Positions 33,396-45,295 are shown, numbered from the whole stretch's first letter. The stretch is 63,771 nucleotides of DNA, filler included, from 14 parts of 14 records of this genome joined end to end with filler, not necessarily neighbours in it, one strand, 5' to 3'. The notes: a model not told the origin generated them from the sequence alone. A program made the numbers and translations.

Positions 33396-36300
33396 CGCTC
33401 TCACCTGCGCCTGCGGAAGAAGGCCATTTTGGTGGTGCCGTACGTTAGTATCGTGCGCGAGAAAGCGAAGTGGCTTGACCGTGTGCTGGGGTCGCACGGG
33501 ATACGTGTGCAAGAGTTTCACGGAATCACCGGCGGTGACATGGACAAGGCAGACATGGCAGTCTGCACGATGGAAAAAGCGAATGCCTTAGTGAACCGGC
33601 TCATGGCTGAAGGGCAGATGAATCAGATTGGCATCGTCGTCGTTGACGAACTGCACATGCTTGGCGACCAGTACCGAGGGTACTTGCTGGAGCTGCTAAT
33701 GACAAAAGTGAAATACGTCGGTCGCCATGATGAGATTCAGTTTGTTGGGATGAGTGCTACGCTGCCGAACATACAGGAAGTCGCGGACTGGATGGGGGCG
33801 GCGCTGCACGAGTCTAACTTTCGGCCAGTGCCGCTCGACGAGTACATCAAGTGCGGAACAAGAATCTTCCAGCACATCGGCGGCGGTGTGACTGTCCATC
33901 GGGCTGACCTGCCCGAAGCCCATCCCTCGGACAGAGATCATGTCGTTGCTCTATGTGTTGAAACGCTAAACGACGACAACAGCGTGCTTGTTTTCGTCGC
34001 CAGCAAAAAAGGTTGTGTGTCCACAGCACAGATGATTAGCAAGGTACTACCTCAGGTAAATCCGAACCCGCACTACGAGACAGACCCGAAGCACCTTGCA
34101 CTGCAGCAGAGGCGACTGGAGCTGGTCGACTCATTGAAACGCACGCCTGGCGGTTTGTGTCCTGTGCTCGAAAAGACGGTCCCTCACGGCGTTGCGTATC
34201 ACAACGCTGGGTTAACTGTCGAAGAGCGTGATGCGATTGAGTCTGGCTTCAGGGAAGGCATCATTCGAATCCTGACTGCAACGTCGACTCTCGCTGCAGG
34301 CGTCAACTTGCCTGCGCGCCGAGTCATCTTTCGTTCTCCATATATTGGGATTGAATTTCTTGATTCGACACGATACCGCCAGATGTGCGGTCGCGCGGGC
34401 CGGGCAGGCATTGATACTCGCGGGGAGTCATTCATCATTTGTGAAAACAAAGACTCCGTGAAGATAAACAACCTGCTCGTGGAGCCGGTGAGGGAGCTTA
34501 AGTCCTGCCTCAAAGAGGCGCCGAGTCCAGAGCATGGCGGAGCTCCCGTCACGAATGATGACAAGCGAGGTGTAGGGCTCGAGCGAGCAGTTCTCGAGGT
34601 CATCTCTGCTGGGGCTGTTACCACGGGTGATGAGGTTGAGCTGTGGCTGAAGTGCACCCTGCTCGCGCACCAGAATCCTTATCCGGATGTGCATCACAAC
34701 TGCAAGTGCGCACTGGAGTACCTTGGACGGCAAAACTTTGTATCGTATGAAAGGCTGACAAACAGCTTTTACGCCACTGGTCTGGGTCTCGCGACGTTTC
34801 AGTCGTCACTGCCGCCACGAGATGCCTACCGCGTAGCGGAGGATCTGCTTCAGGCACGAAAGCACTTCATTCTTGAATCGGATCTGCACCTGCTCTATCA
34901 GGTAACACCTGTGTCAGGCAACCCGCCTCTCAGCCAAAGCGTTTGGGAGGCGTATCCAGACCATCTAAATTCCCTCACAGAGTGTGACCGACAGGTTGCT
35001 AGCCACATCGGCATTGAAGAGCAGGTGGTCCGTCGGATTGCACGTCGGCCGCCCAAATTTGGTGCACCGGAAACAGAGGAGATTCTGCGATACAAGCGTT
35101 TCTTTGCGTCAATGATGCTGTCGTGGTTGGTCCAAGAGAAACCGGTTGACTGGGTTGCTGATCGGTATGAAGTGCCACGTGGTGCTCTACAGAACCTCAT
35201 GAGTGCTGCAGCAACGTTTGCCAATCTAGTGTCGAACTTCTGCCAGCAACTCAAATGGTGGGATTTGGAAGTCCTTACAGGCTCGTTCGCGAAGCGGCTA
35301 AATCATGGGTGCCAAGTGGACGTGTTACCTTTATGTGAAATCCCGGGGGTACAAGGCACACGAGCACGGGCGCTGTACAAAGCAGGTCTACGATCAGTCG
35401 CAGCAGTGGCAATGGAAAGCATAGAGAATATTGTAAAGGCCATTACAGCCGACCAAGCCTTCAAGCTGAGAAGCGGTCGGCGTGCATCGGAGGAGCGTCA
35501 AAAGAAATTGACGGAACGACAGAAGAGCGTGGACCTGGCTGCAGCTGTAAAAATTCAGGAGGGCGCAAAAAGTATCATCATGGCGCAGGCCGCTGAACTT
35601 ACGAAGCAATCAGTATATCTTCTCGGAGAAATGGACCCCACAACTAGTGTAGAGGAAACAGCTGGCTCGGCATCTAAAGCACAAGCAACAGCTCCACTCG
35701 CGGCCACGCTAAGTTCCGCAAGAACTGGGGACCCGCACATGCCCGTCGACCATGTGGGTGCTCAAGCTAGCGGTATAAGTGCTGCTGCCGATGCCACCGG
35801 CGAGTGTGTTGACTTCTCGGACATCGTTCGGTGTGGTGATCCTGACAATGAATGCATATGCGTGAAGGTGAAGGGGGACCAGGATTGTGAAAAGCTAATG
35901 CAGACAATGGAAACGGAAAGGCAAAAACGATTTTCTTGGTCGATCGTGCAAGGGTCGCGTCGTGCTGCGGCATTCACTGAAAATGGGCGTGGTGTGGACA
36001 ACAAAGGCGGTGCAGAGGTGAAATCCAGCAGCGTCGTTATTCATGGAATATGCCTGTGTTGGACGGACAAGAAGGTCTATTACGCTGACTGCATTGGCAA
36101 TTCTCAGCTTTGTCTGTGCCTACTCGATTACATCTGCAGCAGCCCATGCCAAAAAATTGCTTACTGCATGAAGTCTGCCTTGCACGCCATTGCGGCTGTG
36201 AGGGGTAATCATCGGCTCAATGGCACACCCATGGATCCGCAGATGGCAGCATGGATGATTGATCCAGATGCCGGAATTTCCAAGCTCGATATGAAGAAGC

Positions 36301-37943
36301 TGCTGAAAAAGTATGGGCTCCCCGCCGCATCAATGACACTTAATCGATGGGTGAACGCGGCTCTGGAGGCTACCTCCGCGTTGGCTCTTATGCAGAAGCT
36401 GGACGCCTTGCTAGAGCAGCGGAACTTGCGGCGGCAGTTTATTCACGGCATGATGCCCACGGTCGCAGTTTGGGTGGATATGGAACTTGCCGGTATTGGA
36501 TTCGATACCCGGCGCTCCCGTCAGCACGAGCAGCAAATTGTGGAGCGCACTGCTGGTTTGGAGCGCATGGCTCATAAGTTAGCAGGTAAGTCATTTGACT
36601 TGAGCTCGCCAAAACAGGTTGCGCAAGTCCTATACCAGCGGTTGGAACTTGAGCCAGACCCGAGGCAAAAAGTCAAAGAGGGAAAGTTGCCAACCACCAA
36701 TGCTGAAGCTCTTGAATACATGATGGAGCACTCGCCTCACCCCATCTTGGAGGTGATTACAAATCATCGGCAGCTGAGCAAGCTTCTAACGTCTTTCATC
36801 AGGCCATTACAACTCCACGCTGAACTCAACAAGACTGTCCAATCTGCTGGACTAGGTGATCGCATCCACCCGAACGTGTTGATGTTTGCAGTACCCACCG
36901 GCCGCATAGCCATGGACGACAACACTAACCTGCAGTGCATTCCGAACCCAAAAGAGCTCAAGCTCACAACACTGCCAGCACCAGAGGCAGATCAGAGTCT
37001 TGCCGATGCCGATGAGGCTGTGATTGAGAATTTCGACATAGCACTTCGTGAGACATTCGTCGCAAGTGAGGGCTGTGTGCTGCTGAGCGCAGACTACTCC
37101 CAGGTCGAACTGCGGCTGATGGCACACGTCTCTGGAGATGAAGAGCTGATTGCGGCTTTCAAGTCTGGTGACGACGTCTTCAAACAGATGGCTGCTCGGT
37201 GGGAGGAGTGTGATGTCAGCGAGGTCAGCTCCGACGCACGCAGCCGTGCCAAGACCTTGTGCTACGGCGTGTTGTACGGCGCAGGCAAAGCCACGCTTGG
37301 TAAAAATCTTGGAATGGACGAAGCAGAAGCAGAGCGACACAAGACAAGCTTGCTTAGTAAGTACCCTCGCGTGAGAGAATTTCACCGAATTGTCGAGTCC
37401 CAGTGCAAGCAGCGTGGATACATTGAAACCCTGGGCGGCCGGCGGCGTGATTTTCCTGCCATCGATTCGCGTAATGCTAATGCTGCAGCCGCTGCCATCC
37501 GCACGGCAGTGAACACCATCTGCCAAGGCAGTGCCGCCGACCTGATCAATGCTGCTATGCTGAAGATCTACCGCCATTTCTGTCACACAGATGAAGCCTA
37601 CACTGCCACCTGCACCACCCACGCCAGTGAGAACGAAGTCGGCAGCGGAAATTCTGGCGTTTCTGCCGCAACAATCGGTACGAATTCGCAGCTTAGTGCA
37701 TCTGGCGAGTCTTCAGCAACAGCAAGCAAGGCAACGGGTGCTGTGAGAATCGTGAACCAAGTGCATGACGAGCTGATGCTAGAGCTGCCAGAACACATGC
37801 TGGAAGAAGTAGCGGTGTTCGTTAAGTGCGCAATGGAAAGTGCAGATGATGACGTAACAGCACTGCGCGTGCCGCTCAAGGCCAACCTCAAATTTGGGAA
37901 GAACTGGGCAGCGCTGCGGGACTATATCAGCGCAAATGCCTAA
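33396..37943 (+). CDS. POLQ: DNA polymerase theta (SF2 helicase + family A polymerase), 5'-truncated, no intron in 4.5 kb
   Basis: VVVDELHML, VGMSATLPN, GVAYHNAGL, ATSTLAAGVNLPARRV, QMCGRAGRAG; polymerase motifs LSADYSQVELR, RSRAKTLCYGVLYG, QGSAADL, NQVHDEL. Confidence 0.95.
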   Translation, partial: RSHLRLRKKAILVVPYVSIVREKAKWLDRVLGSHGIRVQEFHGITGGDMDKADMAVCTMEKANALVNRLMAEGQMNQIGIVVVDELHMLGDQYRGYLLELLMTKVKYVGRHDEIQFVGMSATLPNIQEVADWMGAALHESNFRPVPLDEYIKCGTRIFQHIGGGVTVHRADLPEAHPSDRDHVVALCVETLNDDNSVLVFVASKKGCVSTAQMISKVLPQVNPNPHYETDPKHLALQQRRLELVDSLKRTPGGLCPVLEKTVPHGVAYHNAGLTVEERDAIESGFREGIIRILTATSTLAAGVNLPARRVIFRSPYIGIEFLDSTRYRQMCGRAGRAGIDTRGESFIICENKDSVKINNLLVEPVRELKSCLKEAPSPEHGGAPVTNDDKRGVGLERAVLEVISAGAVTTGDEVELWLKCTLLAHQNPYPDVHHNCKCALEYLGRQNFVSYERLTNSFYATGLGLATFQSSLPPRDAYRVAEDLLQARKHFILESDLHLLYQVTPVSGNPPLSQSVWEAYPDHLNSLTECDRQVASHIGIEEQVVRRIARRPPKFGAPETEEILRYKRFFASMMLSWLVQEKPVDWVADRYEVPRGALQNLMSAAATFANLVSNFCQQLKWWDLEVLTGSFAKRLNHGCQVDVLPLCEIPGVQGTRARALYKAGLRSVAAVAMESIENIVKAITADQAFKLRSGRRASEERQKKLTERQKSVDLAAAVKIQEGAKSIIMAQAAELTKQSVYLLGEMDPTTSVEETAGSASKAQATAPLAATLSSARTGDPHMPVDHVGAQASGISAAADATGECVDFSDIVRCGDPDNECICVKVKGDQDCEKLMQTMETERQKRFSWSIVQGSRRAAAFTENGRGVDNKGGAEVKSSSVVIHGICLCWTDKKVYYADCIGNSQLCLCLLDYICSSPCQKIAYCMKSALHAIAAVRGNHRLNGTPMDPQMAAWMIDPDAGISKLDMKKLLKKYGLPAASMTLNRWVNAALEATSALALMQKLDALLEQRNLRRQFIHGMMPTVAVWVDMELAGIGFDTRRSRQHEQQIVERTAGLERMAHKLAGKSFDLSSPKQVAQVLYQRLELEPDPRQKVKEGKLPTTNAEALEYMMEHSPHPILEVITNHRQLSKLLTSFIRPLQLHAELNKTVQSAGLGDRIHPNVLMFAVPTGRIAMDDNTNLQCIPNPKELKLTTLPAPEADQSLADADEAVIENFDIALRETFVASEGCVLLSADYSQVELRLMAHVSGDEELIAAFKSGDDVFKQMAARWEECDVSEVSSDARSRAKTLCYGVLYGAGKATLGKNLGMDEAEAERHKTSLLSKYPRVREFHRIVESQCKQRGYIETLGGRRRDFPAIDSRNANAAAAAIRTAVNTICQGSAADLINAAMLKIYRHFCHTDEAYTATCTTHASENEVGSGNSGVSAATIGTNSQLSASGESSATASKATGAVRIVNQVHDELMLELPEHMLEEVAVFVKCAMESADDDVTALRVPLKANLKFGKNWAALRDYISANA

Positions 37944-38124
37944 TAAGATGCTGCAGTGGCGATGGCAACAGCTGTTACGCAACCATGATGCTGTGTGCAG
38001 AGATGAGCGGCTGCCGTGGCTGTATAATTATAGCTGGGCTCACTATTCTTGGTTATTTCGACGAAGTACGACAATGAACAACGCAAACCTTCATTTCTTC
38101 AGAACTTCGTGCCACGAGTTCGCA

Positions 38125-39507
38125 TCATCTCACACAGAGATACGTGCCAATGATGGACAAAACGATACCGCACCCATTTGAGGCCGACAGTCGACTTCCG
38201 AAGAACAAAACGCCAACCAGTGTAGCTAGCACGGTGTTTACCCCGCCGCTTACAGTCTTAGGGAGCCCAGGATTTGGACCGCGCTGTATGCATGTGGCCA
38301 TCCACGTCTGCGCACACGCAACGCACCAGAGCCGTGCATTCTAATCGGTTCAGCAGTTGGTGGCATCACGTACTGACATTAGTGAGACCAAAGAGTGGTG
38401 CAGACCTGAGAGAAGTTTCTGACAACAGCGATGCCTGCTATCATGTAGAGCGGGACCATGCCTGGCGGAGCGACCGGCTCGGCACCAGTGCCGTAGCTGG
38501 AATGGCTAGCGTCTTGCTGCCAGCGAGGCTGCTGTAGGCGCTTATACAGCAGCTTCATCAAAGCAACAAGTCCAGAGGCTGCCATCTGAGTCTGTGCAAA
38601 CAGGGATGCATCCGCTTTGTACTTGGTAGTAAGCGCCCGAGCAGACATCTCGACTGACGTAATCAGTGCTGACGTCAGCAACGCAGGGGCGAGCCACCGC
38701 ACGAGCGAGTGTGCCGGCATTTCCAAGGGCAACGCGCCCCCATCCTTTTGCTTCACTTTGGACTGCCCAGCGGAAGTGCACAAAAAGCTGCCGCTGAGGC
38801 TTAGTGCAATTCCAGCGATGTGGTAACTGCGCAGCTTACCACCGAAGACGGCCACGCCCGCAATGGTGGCCCAGACTGTGTTGAGGTTGACTGCCATTTT
38901 CGCAAATCCTGGATTGGGTGCATACTGGATTGCCATAGCCTGCCAGGCGGTCCACTGCAGTCGCCCCCAGCCAAAAAGCAAGGCCCACCACCACGGCACT
39001 GCGGTTATTGCAGCACGAATTCCACCCGGTGCACGGAGAAGTGGCGGCAGCGTGGTGAGCGAGAGCAGAATGACAAGTCGATCGGTGTCTGCACGAGCAA
39101 CGCATGCCGGCAACGCCACAGCGCGTCAACGCACGCATGCAGAGTGGCGGTTGGTCACATGTACGCTGCTGGTGGAACGCAGTGCTTCAAGACCAGGCAT
39201 CCACGGCGAGTGGTCAGCCGGGGGCTCGACTGGCTGCAAAGTCACTCACAGGCGCTGATGTCGGCGTTGAAGTGGTGAAGCAGCCCCTTCCCGACGGAGT
39301 CCACGCAAGTGCTGGCGCTCGCGGACAATACCTGCGCCGGTGAATGAGATATGCGCGCCAAAGCAATGTACACAAATTCCAATCCAACACCGACCGCGGT
39401 AGTCAATTGAAAAGAACGGCACATGTCCGCGCGTCGTATCGGTCGGAACTGCTGATACGTACCGACGGCAGCACCCACTGGAGCAACGTGGAGGCATCGG
39501 CGCTCAT
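38125..39507 (-). CDS. EamA/DMT-superfamily transporter with two internal repeats; about 3 introns
   Basis: Spliced halves align: WVLPSVLSASASTCVDSVGKGL vs WLAPALLTSALITSVEMSARAL, and APNPGFAKMAVNLNTVWATIAGVAVFG vs GPNPGLPKTVSGGVNTVLATLVGVLFFG. Confidence 0.72.
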
Positions 39508-39933
39508 AATTATCGATAGGCGCTCAGCTCACTACGGTTCAGTCGGGTGGAACGGGCGGCGCACGCCCGGGCCAGTCTATGTATACCACCAGAACGGCTG
39601 AGCGCAGCACGTACGTGACGGAGCGTATAGTGGGTACGATGGTACGTAAGGAAACGCGTACTGGGTCACACTGCTGCGTGGGTGTCGCGCGACGCGTCCC
39701 CGTCGTCGCGAATAACGCGCCTCGCGCGAGCGCGCGCGCGCCCCGGGCGTCGCGCCCACTAGCGGTAAAATAAGGATTTTCGAGTCAAACTCGNNNNNNN
39801 NNNNNNNNNNNNNNNNNNNNNNNNNNNNNNNNNNNNNTTAATTAATTAANNNNNNNNNNNNNNNNNNNNNNNNNNNNNNNNNNNNNNNNNNNNCGCCTGG
39901 TTTGCTGGGTTACGTGGGGGCCGTAACGGCGGG

Positions 39934-42448
39934 ATGAATGTGGACATGGAGGAAGAGACAGCGCTGCTGCCGTCCATGGGCATGGCACAGACTGCAGCAG
40001 CAGCAGGTGGAGGAGCAGCCTCCTCGCATGCTGATGCTGATGCTGATGCTGATGTGGATCATGGACGGCATGACACACACCCAGCAGCTGGGCCCTTGAG
40101 TGCGGACATGGCGCTGCTCTCCGTCGACGTCCTTGTCCGCGTGCAGGCGCGCGTCCGAGGCAACCGCGTCCGCAGGGCGCAGCGATGTGAGGACATGAAG
40201 CTGCTTTATCACCAGAAAACTGAGGGCGCGCGGAAGTTCCTGGCCGAGAAGACGAAGGCGCTCACTAAGGGGCTCCGACCGTACGTCAACGTCCACCACG
40301 CGCTGTCCACGCAGACGGTAGACAAGGCGCGTGGGGTGGAGAAGGTAGGCGTCAAGTCGCGGCTCTTCATCGGCAAGACGCACAGCTGCTATCTCGTGGA
40401 CTCGGAGTCTACAGCCTACTTCACCCACATGCGAGGCAGGAATCTCCAGACGCCACCACATAACGCCTTCACATTTTTGATCCCACTGGAGCTCTCCAGC
40501 GACGAGCAGGACGAGCTCCAGCTGCAGATCATGTCTGAGGAGTTCGGCACGGATTCGTTTGTGGGTGTGGCTGTCCTCGACCTGGCTCAAATGCGCCACC
40601 AGGCTGCAAAGTGGTTGGCTGCGGGCGATCATCCGACCATACACTACAGGCATGAGTTCAGTCTCTGGGTCAAGTATGCCGGACGACGACAGGGCAGCGT
40701 CGATTTTGCGCTCAAGCTGCGGCGCTGCCACGATCATCCTCACTCTGGCCGACCCTCTGCTGTTCCATCTCCCGAACACGAGCGCTTGTACGAACATGGG
40801 GTGGTGAGTGACGTACGACCAGAGGCCTGGGGCGAGCGCAGCGTCCTGGCGTGCACGCTCACAGTCCTCAGGACCTGCGGTCTGCGAGATCCTAACGCTC
40901 TGTCCCAGCCACTGTTTGAGATCACAAATGCTCCGCATTATGAGAACCTCTTCCAGGCGATGCTGTACATCGTGCTGTACCTTGCCACAGGTGAGTCGCT
41001 GAGCCACAACCACTACTGTTCTCACCACAATGCATGTTTCACAGGCATAATTATGCTCACACTGTCTATCGACGTGCGCGTTTTGACGGGCGAATGTGCG
41101 TTCTTGCGACAGGCTGCGTGTTCTACTCTTTTGTGCCGTGCGCGCTGCATAGGGGAGACCAAGACGAGTGCGTCACTGCGCCGTTCAGTGATGCGATCTA
41201 CTTCAGCATGGTAACGCTCACTACCGTCGGTTACGGAGGTACCTGGCCCTAGACTGTTTCCCGCGTTGCATGTTTGTGGGCGTCTTGACGAAATATCTTG
41301 GGTTTTTGCCGTCTGCTTAGACATGGGCCCATCAACACCCAGTACTCGACTCTTCACCTGCTTTTTCGGCATAACTGGCGTTGGCCTCGCGGCTCTGAGC
41401 TTGGGCGTGTTCATTGAGGAGATCCAGAAGTATCGGGCGAGGTCAAAATCGGAGCAGCAAGACGTCAACTTTTCGTACCACTTCACTGGTCGGCATTCAG
41501 AGCTGGGCCCACCCGCCTGCAACGATCCTTTTGATGAGCATGCAAGAGCACGGATCGAGTACAATGCCCAGCAGTCAGAAACCGAGGCTGCAGCTCGTGG
41601 TGCAAGAAGGTGGCAGAGGTTCTCGTATTGGTTCACAATGGGTGGAACTGCGGCCGCCCTGTTAGGCATGGCTTTGTGGACTGTGGCTGGGGCGATCTTC
41701 TATTGCATGGAGCAGAGCTGGCTACGGCACGAGGGCCAGGGCTGCGCTCTGGTTGATGCCCTTTACTTTGCAGTGATCAGTTCGACGACGATCGGATACG
41801 GGGATGAGTCGCCCTCCAGTCCGGCGGGGCGCCTCTTCGCAGTGATCTATCTGCCCGTAAGCACGGTTTTCTTCTGCAACCTCATCGGTGAGTTACGTCT
41901 GGGCCTTCGTTCCCACACAGATGCAAATGCATTTCGCGCCCGATGAGCAGCAGCATCCGAGATCAATGTGCATGGCTGCGTGTGCGCGCGCAGGGGCGGT
42001 GGCATCGAAGCCATTCGAAGAAAGCGCGCGCAAGGCGGAGGAAATCGTCCGGGATCAGTTTGGCGACGAGCTCAGTGCGGAGGAGCTGCGTATGCTATGC
42101 AAAGTCGGAGAGCCTTCCTGTACGTTTCATGAATATGCGCTTGCTATGATGGTCAAGGTTGGCAAGATCGACCAGGACGATATCGACGACTGTGCTCGCC
42201 ATTTTCAGAAGCTGGATACGGACAATGATGGCGTGCTGACAGTGAAGGACTTGAACGAGAGGGAGAGGGCGGACTACTCGACAGGCCACGGGGTGCGTGA
42301 GACGAGGAAGGTTGCACAGCACCAGCTCTTTGTGGGGGTTTTGAGCACTGTGTCAAGGGAGGATGCGTGCCCACCTAAGAGCAGTGCCCATGAGGAAGGT
42401 GCAGAGGCGAAAGAACGCACTAAGGAGGAGCAATTGCGACGACCCTGA
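39934..42448 (+). CDS. Two-pore-domain K+ channel (TPK-like) with N-terminal IQ motif and C2 domain and a C-terminal EF-hand; three introns
   Basis: Two pore loops, YFSMVTLTTVGYG|D and YFAVISSTTIGYGD; IQ-like VQARVRGNRVRR; C2-like PYVNV...QLQIMSEEFGTDSFVGVAVLDL; EF loop DTDNDGVLTVKDL after YALAMMVKVGKI. Confidence 0.85.
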
Positions 42449-43159
42449 GTGTCGGAAACACGCCAATGGGTTGGCGCCGGCATGTACGCATGCACATACC
42501 AGTATGTGCATTATCTTCTACTTGCATCGGCTAGAGCCGACGCACTGTAGAGCCACGCATTGCACAACACAAAAACCAAAATTGATGTCGGTAGACTTCT
42601 CGTTTTTGACTTTCTCTCGCTCCGCATTTGAGGGGCGCACTCGCGCAACGTCAGCACTGCCGTAGTGCTTTGCGAGCTTGCTCTCCGAGACGAACGTGCT
42701 GCCTCCGGGTTGCGACCTACCGGGCGCATACAACATTTTTGTCATGAAAAGTGAGTCAGTTTACGGTGAAACATGGTTACTATCTCGGCCTACACAAGAG
42801 AGTGTGAACGAGTGTGACAACTTGTTTAGTGTATGTTTGATAGAGCTAACTAGGTGTCCCTATCTATTTCAAGTCTTGACAGACTCATGCTGAAATCGAA
42901 AAAATCGCGNNNNNNNNNNNNNNNNNNNNNNNNNNNNNNNNNNNNNNNNNNNNTTAATTAATTAANNNNNNNNNNNNNNNNNNNNNNNNNNNNNNNNNNN
43001 NNNNNNNNNCTTCTGAGTTGTTTTAGGTCGTGGTTAGCCTTGCAAGTACATCTACTAGCTACCAGGTAGTATGCGAATAGATCTACATATCGAGTACGTT
43101 AGCGTATAGGTTAGATCTATGATAGAGACGACGGACGATGTATCGTGGCGCGCCCACAG

Positions 43160-43915
43160 CTACTGTACTTTTGGAATGTGCAGACTTCTTCGGACGCAAT
43201 TTTCGTCTGAGAATATCGAGCCATCCCTGGTGTCATCAGCCATTTTGTTGATTGCTACTTCGACAAGCGTAGCATCCTCCAAACTTTCGTGGCGCACGTC
43301 CGTCACTGTCATGTTGAGGTAATCTTGCATGCTGAGTTTCGACCCGATGTGTGAAAACGTGGTTGGAAGATCAGGTAGACCAGCATTGTTCACGAGATGT
43401 GCTATCGATCCGGGGATGACTCTCGCCTGGTTTTCAGGCTTGACCGTACGAAGATATTTGGCTCTGGCCAGCCATGGGTCCTTTGGCCGCTGGGTCAGGG
43501 ATACATCACGCATCGCAATAGGGTGGTCTTCCTGGGGAAGTTCCAGTGTCGGGCGCCCTTGGGTGTAGAGCGTGCTTTGTAGTGTCCCTAACATTTCTTC
43601 GTCTGACGGCCAGAAGTCAGTGTCCAGCGGGGCGAAGCTGCCTTTCTTCGTGAGATATTGCATGCCGATATGGAGTGGGTGGGTCACGGACTCCATCACA
43701 TCTGGCTTCTTGAGTTCTTTAAAACTGCTGTACACTTGGACTTCTGGGAGTTTGGGTGCCTGAGGGCCTTTACTGGAGCGCCGTGCCTTCATCATCGCTT
43801 GTCTAGCTCCCCAGCCTCTTGGCGTCCTGGCTGCCTCCTTCACAGCATCATTCACCATTGAGGGTGCTATCGACTTAAACAATTTCGTCTGAACCGGTGT
43901 ACGACTCATATGCAT
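43160..43915 (-). CDS. Hypothetical protein (~250 aa) with a basic N-terminus
   Basis: Long stop-free ORF, head-to-head with the 44112 gene across a CG-rich spacer; no family motif recognised. Confidence 0.55.
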   Translation of the reverse strand: MHMSRTPVQTKLFKSIAPSMVNDAVKEAARTPRGWGARQAMMKARRSSKGPQAPKLPEVQVYSSFKELKKPDVMESVTHPLHIGMQYLTKKGSFAPLDTDFWPSDEEMLGTLQSTLYTQGRPTLELPQEDHPIAMRDVSLTQRPKDPWLARAKYLRTVKPENQARVIPGSIAHLVNNAGLPDLPTTFSHIGSKLSMQDYLNMTVTDVRHESLEDATLVEVAINKMADDTRDGSIFSDENCVRRSLHIPKVQ

Positions 43916-44111
43916 GATCGGCGACTGACGATCTAACGCGTGACGCGCGCCGACGGTGCACGCGCGCGATGTGCCGGCCGGGCCGCCCACGCAGGAAGCT
44001 GCAGCGCAGACGTAGAGCGGCGAGGCCGACAAACAGCAGACCGTACCCGCCGCCGCCGGCCACGCGGGCTCTCGCACCATAGCATTTTGGCTGCAGAACG
44101 CATTTTGCAAA

Positions 44112-45260
44112 ATGCTATGGTGGCAAGCGTCAGCAGTGGTGGTGTTTGCCAGGCACCTGGTTGACGCTACATGTATGGCTCGCGATCCGTTGCTTCAGCC
44201 GTTCTGTTCGCAAAGCATTTGGAACACACCTGTTGGGGATGCTGCTGTCTACATTGACGCAAAGCTGAACCCGTTTTACCACCTCGGGCCAGATGTGTCG
44301 CATTTTGTAGTTTCGAGCGCAGCAGATCCCCTTGTCCCGTGGTACAAAGTAAAGCACTGGGGTGGTCCACGATGCGACGCCAACATTCCAGGTCTGAAAC
44401 CGTTCATGGACCTCCGTGTACCAGATACATTTATCGTGCCAGATGCGAGCAGTCACCATACTCCAAACGGAGCTGCTACAATCCTGCGGCCAGACGGACA
44501 CACGCTTGTGCAGATGAATCCGGTTTGTCGAAACGTGAGTGGCGGGGCAATTTTCGGCGACCTGACTCATGGCGAGCCCGAGACGTTCGAAGATCTCTAT
44601 GGCATGGGTCAGACGGGCGCCTACGGCGGTAGTGGTCTTAGCGCGCTGGGCGGCAGCATAAGGCCAGGAGAGTGGCAGCACGCTGCAGGCCCTTTGCGAC
44701 ATGCATTGAAGGTGGAGCTGCTGGCTCATCTCTATTACTCGCCAGCCCACCTGCCTGGACAACAAGCGCGCGGGTTTCGGTGGCCCGCAGTCACGTGCGA
44801 CGGCTACGCCTTTGATTGCAGTGGCCCTGTGCGGAAAGATACCGGCATGTCCGCCTGCTACAATGGTTCTGTGCCACAGCTTCAGCCTGGTGCGCTCTTA
44901 GCGGTGCCACCAAACATCACAATCTCTGAACTGGGTCTGTCCAGTCCACCGGCGATCAAGATATTTGCCGCGCTGCAAGACTACGGTGCGTATGTAGTGG
45001 CAGATTCGGCGTGGAACTCAACGAGCATTGCCATGCAAGCAGGAGTGGACGAAGAGTTCGAACAAGCCTTTGGTTTCAAGTTTAGTCAGACAGATCGTCA
45101 CTGTCAACAGCCAAAGGGCTGCGCTTTTCTTCAGGAAATGTGGCGGATCTTCGCGCAGCTGCACATCGTGGACAACAACCACAACAGATCTATCGGAGGA
45201 GGAGGTCTGCCGCGCGTGCCGCCCGCGCTGCCACTAAATGATACCCGCCTGTGCCCATGA
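44112..45260 (+). CDS. Secreted uncharacterised protein resembling a bacterial hypothetical family; intronless
   Basis: Signal-like N-terminus, RDPLLQPF...SIWNTPVG, GAYGGSGLSALGGSIRPGE, LRHALKVEL, FRWPAVTCD, ALQDYGAYVVAD, LHIVDNN...SIGGGG.PR.P.A.PL. Confidence 0.7.
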   Translation: MLWWQASAVVVFARHLVDATCMARDPLLQPFCSQSIWNTPVGDAAVYIDAKLNPFYHLGPDVSHFVVSSAADPLVPWYKVKHWGGPRCDANIPGLKPFMDLRVPDTFIVPDASSHHTPNGAATILRPDGHTLVQMNPVCRNVSGGAIFGDLTHGEPETFEDLYGMGQTGAYGGSGLSALGGSIRPGEWQHAAGPLRHALKVELLAHLYYSPAHLPGQQARGFRWPAVTCDGYAFDCSGPVRKDTGMSACYNGSVPQLQPGALLAVPPNITISELGLSSPPAIKIFAALQDYGAYVVADSAWNSTSIAMQAGVDEEFEQAFGFKFSQTDRHCQQPKGCAFLQEMWRIFAQLHIVDNNHNRSIGGGGLPRVPPALPLNDTRLCP

Positions 45261-45295
45261 ATTGAACGGTCATCGATCGCACCACATTCGTTCGA

